From assembly GCF_006345805.1 (NCBI RefSeq), contig NW_021834600.1:1-63633 (forward strand): a DNA stretch of 63,633 bases, in the 5' to 3' direction. Below are positions 52,300 to 63,633 of the stretch, piece by piece. The stretch comes from Octopus sinensis. Its lineage: Eukaryota. How positions within the stretch are numbered: the first letter of the stretch is position 1; each line of letters begins with the position of its first letter. A program made the position numbers and the translations under genes. Under the pieces are notes generated by a model, which saw only the letters and a list, made by a program, of their open reading frames with translations, was not told the DNA's origin and did no database searches.

Positions 52300-52728
52300 T
52301 TCCTTCCTTCTCTTCTTTCTGCCTTTCTTTCTTCCCTTTTTCTTTCTTTCTCTCTTTATTTATTTTTTCCTTTCTTTCTTTCTTTCTTTCCTTCTTACTT
52401 TCCTTCTTAACTTTCTTTCTTTTATTCTTTCTTTCATCCTTTCTTTCTTTCTTTCTTTCATTCCTTTCTTTCTTCATCCTTTCTATTTGTTTGTTTGTTT
52501 CTTTCTTTCCTTTTTCCTTTCTTTCTTTTCTTTCCTTTCCTCTCTTTCTTACTTTCTCTCTTTTCTTCTTCCTTCCTTTCTTTCTTTCTTTCCTTCTTTC
52601 TTTCTTTCTTTCCTTCTTTCCTTCCTTTCTTCCGTCTTCCTTCTTCCTTCATTCCTTTCTTTCTTTCTTTCTTTCTTCATTCTTTCTATTTCTGTCTTTC
52701 TTTCCTTCCTTTCTTCATCCTTCCTATC

Positions 52729-52775
<47 letters not shown>

Positions 52776-53195
52776 GTTAACATCGATATAAAATACTTAT
52801 TTTCATTAACCCTCGCTCGTGTGTCATCCCCTTTTTTTATATTTTCCCCGATTTTTTTTTACTCTTTTCTCTGTTTCCCCTTTATCGAAATTCTCTTCTG
52901 TTTGTTCAATTATTGTTGTTTATCTATTATAATCCGTCTAACTATACATCTGATCCTATACATAGAGACACACAGCCATACCTACCTACCTACCTACCTA
53001 CCTACCTACCTACCTACCTACCTACCTACCTACCTACCTACCCACCTACCTACCTACCTACCTACCTACCTACCTACCGACCTACCTACCCACTACCTAC
53101 ATTACTACTACCTACCCTACCTACCTACCACCTACCTACCTACCTACTACCTACCTACATACCTACCTACCTACCTCCTTACTACCTATCTACCT
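52300..53195. repeat. (CTTT)n pyrimidine tract (52300-52775) and (CCTA)n tract (52978-53195)
   Basis: Direct reading; source of the 464-aa pseudo-ORF. Confidence 0.95.
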
Positions 53196-53256
53196 ACATA
53201 AAATATATAAATATAATATACATACATACAAATGTATATATATTACATACATACAG

Positions 53257-53302
<46 letters not shown>

Positions 53303-53323
53303 TTATATATATATATATACCAC

Positions 53324-53370
<47 letters not shown>

Positions 53371-53447
53371 ACGTACAAACCTGCACACGCATAACGAAAG
53401 GCATATGTATGTTTGTATGTATGCATGTATGTATGTTTGTATGTATG

Positions 53448-53479
<32 letters not shown>

Positions 53480-54211
53480 AATGTATGTATGTATGTATGT
53501 ATGTATGTATGCGTCGTCAGTTTTCTCTTTATTGCAGCTTCCCCACAATATGATTTCCGTATTCTCTTCTCGTTCTTTTACACTCTTCCAAACACACACA
53601 GTTCTAATTCTTCACAGATCTGACCTGATGATAATATGACGGTCGTTTGGTGCAAAGATTGTCCCACCACCACCATCACCACCACCACCATCATTTCCAC
53701 CACCGCCACCACAGTCACCCCTTCCGCCAATATGCCTGCATTGATGATTATCTCCCTTAGCAATTCCGCTCTCCTCCTTCATTCAAATTCACTTGAGTGA
53801 AAGCAATTTGCTTAGTCGACCTGTCTGATTATAAAATCATGCTGCAACGTACGAAATAGTTTATGCGTGTTTCACAGTATCAGAAAGCAATTGAAGGACA
53901 CGAAATGACAATAACATTTTCTTAATATTTACTTTCTTTATTGTGCAATGCAATTTTTGCTGTAATAATTGGCATTTCTTCGTTATTTACTATCGAACTA
54001 CAGACCGAGGCACGTATGTCTCGTACAACAAAAGATCTAACTCGTAAATAAGAACAATTAAATAACCTGTAGTCGTTGTTCTCCTTCCTGTTAGAGACAC
54101 ATAGAAAATTGTTGAAGAGGAAGAGAGACGCTTTGGCTGAGGGAGCCTAATCTTGGTCTATTACTACAAATTGGTTGGTTTGGGTTGTTGTTGTTGTTGG
54201 TTTTATTTAGT

Positions 54212-54376
54212 CCATAGGGAGTGTGTCTCTGCGGTAAGAAGTTAGCTTCCCAACCACGTGGATCTTGGTTCAGTCTCGCTGTGTGGCACTTTGGGCAAGT
54301 GTCTTCCTCTATAACCTCGGGCCGATCAAAGCCTTGTGAGCGAATTTAGCAGATGGAAACTGGAAGAAGCCCATCG

Positions 54377-54408
<32 letters not shown>

Positions 54409-54801
54409 TATATAATACTTTATTTAAAAGCCAGAAGAAAATTCAACAAAAGCTGTTGCTCGGAGCTTCATGTCCCCGTCGTCGGACAGTTTTGTTAAAA
54501 TAGAACCGAGATGACAATTCTATGAAGACTAGTATAAACGATACCCCTTTAAAAATGGATTTGTTTGATTGGTCCTTTCAAATAACAGTCGTATGCGAGC
54601 GATAAACAAAAATAAACAAAACAAATGAATAGGCTCAATATAAAATTATAAAAATCGAGGAAAAACCTTAAATCGAAGATTTGATTCAAATACATATCGT
54701 CATTAACTATAAGTTCTGTTGCTTTTAAATAAAGCATATTACTTTACCTCTGGTATTTGAGTACTTTTTTCCACCTTGTTTCACCTTTATGTGTTTAATC
54801 C

Positions 54802-54852
<51 letters not shown>

Positions 54853-55325
54853 ATATATATATATAATATATATATTATATATATTATATTATATACACAC
54901 ACATATATATATACATACGCAGACGCAGGCGTGACTGCGTGGTGGTATGAAGCTTGCTGACATCCACATGGTTCCGGGTTCGGTCCCACTGCATGGCACC
55001 TTGGGCAAGTGTCTTCTACTATATCCTCGAGCCGACCAAAGCCTTGTGACTTGATTTGGTAGACGGAAACTGAAAGAAGCTCGTCGTAGTAATAGTTATC
55101 ATAATAATGATCTATGTATGTCTTTACCTGTTTCTGTCATTCGGACTGCGGCCATACTGGGTCAGCGCTTCGAATGGTTTTATTCGAACAAATCAACCAC
55201 TGTAGTATGTTTATTTTTGTTGTTTTTTTGCTTTGCTTTTACTCTAGCACGTATTCTATAGGTCTCCTTTGTTGAATCGCTATGTTATAGGGACGTAAAA
55301 AAGCCAACACAGATTGTCAAACGAT
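54212..55325. mobile_element. Family O SINE halves (plus 54212-54380 and 54925-55087; minus ~55105-55325)
   Basis: CTTGGGCAAGTGTCTT..AAAGCCTTGTGA heads and a reverse 3' half. Confidence 0.8.
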
Positions 55326-55559
55326 ACAAATACCGATACAAACACCGATACAAATACTCACACATGCACACACTTATAGGAGATATGACAAGCAGATTAT
55401 TCTTAAATCGTTCCCTACATCTGTCTCTGAAGAAGGACACAAAGGACAAGGTTGTTTCTATTGGATATAGTAAAGGCAGGCTGGTCATGGCTAGAACGTC
55501 CCTGGTCAATTAGTCTGGCTGCCCATTGAAGGCTAGCATGAGACAAGTAACATCACCAT

Positions 55560-55632
<73 letters not shown>

Positions 55633-56237
55633 TTACTACTACTACTATTACTACTACTACTTCTTCTTTTTCTTCTACTTCTTCCGCTGTTAATGAGGGT
55701 TTCGAATTACTTAAACGCAGGCGCATTAAAATATAAGACATTTTTTTGTTACTTATTTTGCGTTCTTGCAAATATTGTCGTAATGTGACAGCGTAACGCG
55801 ACACATCTTGCTGTTAACTTACGTATCATGTAACATGGAAGTCACTGAGAAAATAGATTAACTTGTGTTATAGAATTACCAAAAGAAGAAAAAAGAAAAA
55901 TCACTTCCGTAACGCGGGGAAAACCCGTCATACGTAGAGGACAGTTGTCGTTTTTCTTCGCGTATTTAAGTAAGAAAACACGTAATGGTTTCCTATAACA
56001 TTTGAAATTGGAAGAAACATCGAATAAAATGAACTCTGTTGGACATTGAGTTCACAACATCTTTCGTAAGTAAATGTAACGGCAATAACTTGTCTTCACC
56101 AACAATAACAACAGCAGTAATAATTCTTCAGTTCTTCCGAATTCTTAGGCCAGCAATTTTGATGGGAGGTGCAAATCGGTTTCTGGTACTTATTTTATCT
56201 TGTTAGGTGTGCTAAGAATTTCATCAGCTCGACCTTA

Positions 56238-56300
<63 letters not shown>

Positions 56301-56301
<1 letters not shown>

Positions 56302-57014
56302 GCTTCTGATCTTAACTGATTGGAAGTGTTATCATGTACATTGTTTTGTCTTGGTATAAAAGATGGGCTACAGCAAATATTCTGCTCAATACCACAGATT
56401 TGCTTGTCAGTTGTTTGACCTTAACCAGTTGAGCATGTCCCTTCGTGGCTGACAATATGTGCATCTCTGATCACGAGCAGAAGTAGTGGGGGAGCATCAT
56501 AGCTTCTGATCTTAACTGATTGGAAGTGTTATCATGTACATTGTTTTGTCTTGGTATAAAAGATGGGCTACAGCAAATATTCTGCTCAATACCACAGATT
56601 TGCTTGTCAGTTGTTTGACCTTAACCAGTTGAGCATGTCCCTTCGTGGCTGACAATATGTGCATCTCTGATCACGAGCAGAAGTAGTGGGGGAGCATCAT
56701 AGCCATGTGTTGAGAGGGATTCTTGGGGTTTGAATAGTTCACCTCTGGAAACATGGGTGGTTCTTTCAACATCCTTAAACAACCCTATTCAGGGACCGTT
56801 TGAGCGGGATGGGCTACTCAATCTGAAGAAAATCTAACTGGGCCCCACCTGCAAGGTCATGTGCTGTTTATCTTGATATGAGATCACCATGTCGCGCACA
56901 TATGTTGTGATGCAGGCCTGGTGTACCTTATCAGACGGGTAGTCATGATGGGGATATTGGGCTTTGTATATTTTACCCCAGTGTCACTTTGATGGCATGC
57001 ATGCTCTCTCACTC
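56301..57014 (+). mobile_element. Family D element with exact 200-bp internal tandem duplication
   Basis: 56301-56500 is identical to 56501-56700; (AAT)n on both sides. Confidence 0.92.
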
Positions 57015-57021
57015 AATAATA

Positions 57022-57059
<38 letters not shown>

Positions 57060-57069
57060 TAATAATTAA

Positions 57070-57160
<91 letters not shown>

Positions 57161-57161
<1 letters not shown>

Positions 57162-57372
57162 CCTTTCTCTTAGAGTCACAAGGCCTGAAATTGTAGGAAG
57201 GAAACTAGTCGATTACATTGACCCCAGTGTTTCATTGGTACTTAATTTATCGACTCCGGAAGGATGAAAGGCAAAGTCGACCTCGGCGGAATTTGAACTC
57301 AGAACGTAAAGACAGACGAAATATCGCTAAGCATTTCATCCAGCATGCTAACGATTCTACCAGCTCGCCGCT
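57161..57372 (-). mobile_element. SINE family M within (AAT)n
   Basis: Full match; a further tail fragment lies at 57682-57754. Confidence 0.9.
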
Positions 57373-57395
57373 TTAGTAATGATGATGATGATGTG

Positions 57396-57435
<40 letters not shown>

Positions 57436-57622
57436 CAACAACAATAATAATAATAATAAAAACAGCCATTCATGAATATATTTGCTTATTAATTTTTTAA
57501 ATGCATATTTTTATCTGTGAATTACGTGTGTAATCTGGGAATGCATACAATGAGCTTCTCTGCCCTAGGTGTACAGAAAACACTCGGCGAGAAACGGAAG
57601 AAAATTTGAAAAAAGAAGGTAA

Positions 57623-57686
<64 letters not shown>

Positions 57687-57779
57687 TCTACTATAGGCAC
57701 AAGGCCTGAAATTTGAGGGGAGGGCCCAATCGATTAGATCGACCCCAGTGACTCCAATCGACCAGATATGGTGATCAAG

Positions 57780-58185
57780 GACTACAACAGAGGAACTTGT
57801 CAAAATGTCTCAAGAAAGGAATACGTAAAGTTTTCTCACTATATAGATCTGCAAATTGAAATCACAAAAGTGTGGAAGGTCACAAAAATGTGGAAGCTAA
57901 GAAGATATCAGTAGTAATTGGTGCGTTGGGAATGATAAAGAAGGGAGCTGAGACGTTATTTTTGGCAACTCCCTGGTAACTCCAATCTTCGTGAACTACA
58001 GAAGATAACCTTGATGGGTACAGCCCATATACTACGGAAAGCACTCTCCATCTAAAATGGAATAAATGTGGTGATAATTTTAGCATGCCTAACAAAACAA
58101 AAGCGCCCTTGCTACTCAAGGCCTCCGGAGGATGCCCGGTACTAAGGCAGCTGAAATAAAGTTATAATGAAAGGAAACCATAAAT
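57780..58185 (+). pseudogene. R4/Dong-type 3' end
   Basis: Y.DLQIEITKVW; ISVVIGALGMIKKG; ELQKITLMGTAHILRKALSI*; followed by ATT/AAT tract. Confidence 0.85.
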
Positions 58186-58200
58186 ATTGTTATTATTATT

Positions 58201-58252
<52 letters not shown>

Positions 58253-58278
58253 GTAGTAGTAGTAATAACAACAACAAT

Positions 58279-58320
<42 letters not shown>

Positions 58321-58508
58321 AATAATAATAATAATAATAGTGATGATGATGATGATGATGATGATTAGCTCTAGGGCAGATTCAGGAATATATATTTTGA
58401 GGAATGGGACACGTGATGTATGTAATCCACCTTAGCACTTGCCAAGCATACATTTTATACCGAAAAGAGGAAGCGCACATTTTGCCCTGGTAGAATGCGA
58501 ACTCAAAA

Positions 58509-58724
58509 TTCCTTTCTGCGATAGGCACAAAACCTGAAATTTGTGGAAGAAGGCTAGTCGATTACACGGAACCCAGTTTTCAACTGGTACTAAATTTATC
58601 AACCCCCGAAAGGATGAAAGGCATAGTTGATCTCGGCGGAATTTGAAATGAGAAAGTACAGACAGAAGAAATACCGCAAAAAGAAGTTTGCCTGCCATGC
58701 TAACGATTTTGCCTGCTCGCCTTA
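58509..58724 (-). mobile_element. SINE family M, diverged
   Basis: AATTTATCAACCCCCGAAAGGATGAAAGGC..CGGCGGAATTTGAA. Confidence 0.82.
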
Positions 58725-59429
58725 AAATAAAACAACAGAATAGCGAAATACCACAATTCAATCACAATATCTTTTCTACCATGGCTATAGTACACCACAC
58801 CTAAGTCTCCGGATGTAACGCATTTATTTCCAGGAATAACACAGCATTAACTATAAACCAAACACAGGAAAGAGTAGCTGTGAAAAACAAACTAGAGTGT
58901 AACGTATCACCGCCATAAGTGCTCATCTATCCCATCTGTAAATTTTAGTTTAGCTACGGGAGACAATGAAGAAGGTATTTTAAGCTTTGCTGTATGAGTT
59001 ACCGTGATTGTTTTTTCCTGTTTGGTTCTTCTCATTTCTCATTTTCTGCCCGCTAATTAGCATTGGGATGGTTTGCGTTTCGTTTCATCTCCGCAAAAGA
59101 ATTTCAGGTTTTTTACTGTTGCGTCAATCGATTATATGGAGCTGTCCGTCTTATGTGTATAAGCCATTTCAGAACTTGACAATATATACATACAAACACA
59201 CACACGCGCGCGCGCGCGAATATGTATGTATAGATAGATAAATAGATAGGTACGTGATTCGTATATATACATAGATACGTACGTAAATACATACATATGT
59301 GTGTTTGTATAAAGAAATACACACATGATATACATGTATCTATGTAAGGTCAGATGTATCGATAGAAATACATACATGCATACACACAAACATATCTAGA
59401 TATACACACACTTACGTATATAACTGTAC

Positions 59430-59481
<52 letters not shown>

Positions 59482-60009
59482 ATATATCAATTTATAGACA
59501 TACATATAGATACATATGAGTATATACACATATATATATGTATACACACACTCACACACACACACACATATATAAGAGTCTGTAAGTATTTATAGACAGA
59601 GGTGACACTTGACAGGACGCCTCACATGCTAGAAAGGGCAGTCATCGTAGACACCGACACAGACATCGTACATATCGAACCCATATACATATATAAACTG
59701 AACCACAAAAGAAACGTCACACACATACAAAATAGAATGTGTATACCTACCGTTGCGTTTGTCTTCACAACACCTGACAACCAGCGCCATTTTCTTTGCG
59801 TCAAATTCACTATCATATTAGGTTAAACTAATGTGAATGTAAATAAACCGACTTTAGCTTCAAGTTCACTAATCTAGTTCGTCTGCTACACGGGTGTCTA
59901 ATCGTGAAACCTGTAAGAAAAACAGTCAGCCCCTTCGTTTGGCAACACTGGTATTTACGTAATTACGTAAAAATTGAATCATATCTGTTATAAATATATA
60001 CATATATAT

Positions 60010-60225
60010 ATCTTTTATCTTTCTTTTTAAATAGACTGCGGCCACGCTAAGGCACCGCCTTGAAGAAATATTAGTCGAATGAATCGACCACAGTACTTAC
60101 TTTTTGTTAAGCCTGGTACTTATTCAATCGGTCTATTATTGCCGAACCACTAAGTTACAGGGACGTAAACACACCAGCACCCATGGTCAAGAGTTGTTGG
60201 GAGACAAACACAGGCACAAAGACTG
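60010..60225 (-). mobile_element. Family O SINE 3' half
   Basis: GACTGCGGCCACGCT..CCGAACCACTAAGTTACAGGGACGTAAACACACC. Confidence 0.8.
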
Positions 60226-60446
60226 ACACACACACACATACATACATACATACATACATACATACATACATACATACATACATACATACATAATATATAT
60301 ACATATATATATATATATTATATATATGTATTTACATAATATATCTATATATATTATTATACATACATATCTATCTATATATATTTATATATATATACTA
60401 CATACATCTCCTCTCCATCTCTCTCTCTCTCTGTATATATATATAC

Positions 60447-60481
<35 letters not shown>

Positions 60482-60544
60482 TATATATAACCAAGAAAAA
60501 AGCAACAAGAATGGATCGGTAGTTTAGTACAATTGTTTTGCTTA

Positions 60545-60577
<33 letters not shown>

Positions 60578-61043
60578 CTTAGCTGGTTTCTCATATACGA
60601 GCAAAGCCATTGCTAGAAAGAACCATTGAAATTAGTCAATGTTGATGCAATGTGAGGCCCTTGTATGACTCTTGAGACCTGCCAAAGGTTTGCTCATAAT
60701 ATTCCATAATGCACAGCTGTGCTGGCTGGCTGGCAGAATAAACAAGTGCCACAGCATGAACTCTATTGACATCACTGCTTTATTCCTCCAAACCGAGAGG
60801 CACGCCTCTCCACATGTTGCACGTGTTTTGTGGTGAACATTAGCCATATCACAATTCACCAAATTCCTTCAAAAGGCTTTGGATAGCCTAAGGCTGTAAT
60901 AAAAGACACTTGCCCCATATCTTTGCCATTTTATTTCATTACATCCAGAAATTATCCACTTGACGCACCTCACATGCTACAAATTAAATATCTCTTTACA
61001 CTTCTAGTAACCATCTGCAGCGCTCTACAATATTATACCTCTC

Positions 61044-61360
61044 TAAGGTGGCGAGCTGGCAGAAACGTTAGCACGCCGGGCGAAATGCTTAGCAGTATTT
61101 CGTCTGCCGCTACGTTCTGAGTTCAAATTCCACCGATGTCAACTTGGCCTTTCATCCTTTCGGGGTCGATTAAATAAGTACGAGTTACGCACTGGTGTCG
61201 ATATAATCGACTTATTCCGTTTGTCTGTCCTTGTTTGTCCTCTCTGTGTTAAGCCCCTTGTGGGTAGTAAAGAAATATATATATGGCTGTAAATCTCACA
61301 TTATTATCTGTTTCCATAGTAACAAGCAAAGCCTTGTGCCTAGAATAGAAAAGAATAATA
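61044..61360 (+). mobile_element. SINE family M with 59-bp insert near the 3' end
   Basis: Near-consensus body; insert 61276-61334 is shared with 4871-4929. Confidence 0.88.
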
Positions 61361-61684
61361 CACCTCTCTTCTCCCTGTCTTCTCCACTTTATCGATGTCC
61401 CTCCCAGGACTTTTTCTTTTAGGCCAAGTTCTCATTCTACAGGTCTGTTTTGCCGAACTGATAGGTTACAGGGACGTAAACACACCATCATCGGTTGTCA
61501 AGTGGTGGTGGTGGGAGACAAACACAGACATAAACACAAACACACAAACACAGAAATGTACGATGGACTTCTTTCATAGATAGATAGAGAGCTAGAGAGG
61601 TACAGATAGATAGATAGACAGATAAATAGGTAGATAAATAGATAGATATATACATTGATATAGACAGACAGACAGACAGACCAG

Positions 61685-61716
<32 letters not shown>

Positions 61717-61799
61717 ATATATATATATATAATATATATTTAAAGTTAATCCAAACAAGAAAACACAAAAAACACAGCAACGCGATAACGTGGAACAAA

Positions 61800-61842
<43 letters not shown>

Positions 61843-61849
61843 ATATAAT

Positions 61850-61880
<31 letters not shown>

Positions 61881-61933
61881 TTGGTGTGATTGAAGAAATG
61901 GAGCTGAACGCAGATTGAACAGAAATCGTTTTA

Positions 61934-62023
61934 TTTCATTCTACACGTGTTTCGAAAGGCACAAATTACCAAAATCCGATTGAATAATGGGACCATGTTG
62001 TGTCTTTCTCTTCAGGAAGAAAA
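61934..62023 (-). ncRNA. Type I hammerhead ribozyme, intact core
   Basis: Minus strand TTTTCTTC-CTGAAGA-GAAAGACACAA...TTGTGCCTTTC-GAA-ACACGTGT-A-GAATGAAA: 10/11-bp stem II, palindromic stem III, GUA site, 7/8-bp stem I. Confidence 0.78.
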
Positions 62024-62312
62024 AAGGAAATCCGTTGGAAAAACAAAAACAGAACAGAGGCGGAGCAAAAACCAAATCGAACTGTGCTCCTAAGAGCCCA
62101 TGGCGAAACTCTTCAATTCACCAATAATGTTTTAATTTCAATTATCCGCACCAACGCACGGTTGCAACGCCAGATGGTTGTACCTCCAACCGTGCTGTTT
62201 ACTGCTGTGATTTTTGCTACTAAGGTATCGGTTAAACTTTTGATTAATCTACTACAAGATTATTCATCTTTCTATTTCACATAATATATATGTATATATA
62301 TATATATATATA

Positions 62313-62521
62313 TTTAAAGTTAATCCAAACAAGAAAACACAAAAAACACAGCAACGCGATAACGTGGAACAAATAAAGTATTATTGGACGCTCAGGAAAG
62401 AAGGGAAGAAGGAGGGTTTAACGTTTCGAGCGGAGCTCTTCGTCGGAAACAAAGGAGAAGGAAAAATCCCGAGAAGGGAAGACAGAGGAAAAAAATTGCT
62501 GGCGGTGCTCACGAGGTCACA
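62313..62521 (-). mobile_element. ~210-bp (TA)n-embedded element (family B) with minimal HHR-like core at 62416-62450
   Basis: GTTT-CCGACGA-A-GAGC-TCC-GCTC-GAA-ACGT-T-AAAC; the 3' 63 bp are duplicated exactly at 61739-61801. Confidence 0.65.
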
Positions 62522-62589
62522 TATATATAGATAGATAGATGTCGTCGTTGTCACACACACGTGTGCATATATATATATATATATACCAA

Positions 62590-62760
62590 CATATATACCA
62601 CGGGCTTCTTTCACTTTCCCGTCAACCAAATCCAATCACAAACTTTGGTCGGCCCTAGTCTACAGCAGAAGATATCTGCCGCAGGGACTTGTCGTAATGG
62701 GATTGAAACCAGTACCATGTGGTTGGGAAGCAAAATTCATACCACACAGCCACGCCTGTT
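62590..62760 (-). mobile_element. Family O SINE 5' half
   Basis: CGGGCTTCTTTCA..CAAATCCA..CTTTGGTCGGCCC..ACCACACAGCCACGCCTG. Confidence 0.78.
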
Positions 62761-63633
62761 CGCAGTTATTTCACTGCACTACCATGAAATGTAAAAAATA
62801 TAGAAGAAATTATAATAATAATAATAATAAATCGGCACTAGCGTGACTTGAACTCGAAGCGTGAGGCATCGCAATAAGTAAATACAGAGAGGCATTTATT
62901 TAATCAGTCGTTCTACAATTTCTGCCACTCAACACTCTCCTACCAGAGTAAATATTGCTTTCATTTCGTCTCAATCTTTCTTAGTCTTATCAGGAAGACT
63001 ATCTCAAATTTCACTTCCTTCATAATTCAAACAACCACAACAGCAACACAAACACTCGCTTAAACACTCACGTATACACACACACACATACCAGCCGCCA
63101 TATCAAAGTACATTCACCAACAGTGAGTCTGTAATACCACAGCTACACTTAAAACTTAATACCTTGCTATCACTCTCTACCATCAGCGCCATTTTATTTA
63201 GCAAGTTATGCGTAAGTTATTACTCTCATCACACACACAATAAACCGAAAGAATTTCTATTTTCTCTGAATGCAAAACAAACAAAACCCCAAAAAAAGAG
63301 AGCACAAATATATAATAAAAAAATAATACAAAAAGAAAGAAATAAAGAAATAAAGAAAATGGAACGTGCAAATATAATTAACGTCGAGGCCTAAATTTTG
63401 GGTGCAAAATAATTAAATTGATCGATGCAAACATGTGCTGTAAGTGTATATTGTGCCTGCAATGTATACACACATATATACAGACTGACGCATATACATA
63501 CATGCACACATTCACACATTCACACACGCACACACACACGCACACATGCGTGGGCGAGTAGGAAGTCTGGAGAGTAACATTAGGTTTCATCTATCTATCT
63601 ATCCATCTATCAATCCATCTGTCTGTATATTTA

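Noticed and set aside
53600-53830. Gly-rich or short terminal exon candidates (MKEESG..GGGG..; STKQIAFTQVNLNEGGERNC*)
   Set aside because: Driven by a (CAC)n tract; weak splice signals; no homology support.
55900-55940. NF-kB/Dorsal-like GGGAAAACCC and ETS-like CACTTCCG
   Set aside because: Single short motifs are expected by chance in 63 kb.
60632-60862. RTE-type C-terminal zinc-finger remnant (LAGLKSHTR)
   Set aside because: Cys spacing does not fit and there is no adjacent RT sequence.

Overview
AT-rich, microsatellite-saturated eukaryotic non-coding DNA. It is most likely from an octopod cephalopod, inferred from the SINE families and repeat load, not from a database search. I can support no complete host protein-coding gene, rRNA, true tRNA or CRISPR array; nearly all of the supplied ORF track is translation of simple repeats. 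The window contains about 45 tRNA-derived SINE copies or fragments in at least 5 families (family labels are mine). It also contains five R4/Dong-type restriction-like-endonuclease LINE fragments beside (AAT)n tracts, a decayed maT/DD37D Tc1-mariner split by a SINE, two MITE-like elements and several TE-derived minisatellites. The most notable signal, absent from the ORF track, is a set of hammerhead ribozyme (HHR) motifs folded by hand. Two have a fully canonical core and three helices (13187-13259 +, 61934-62023 -), and several are near-intact or minimal palindromic types. One lies 280 nt downstream of an uninterrupted GIY-YIG endonuclease frame with no adjacent reverse transcriptase (15581-16510 -). 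Together they point to a Penelope-like (PLE) / retrozyme-like small-element system. PLE-HHR linkage is established; the specific families, a possible endonuclease-only element and any activity are inference and need testing. Element boundaries are approximate (about 10-20 bp) unless defined by TSDs or helices.
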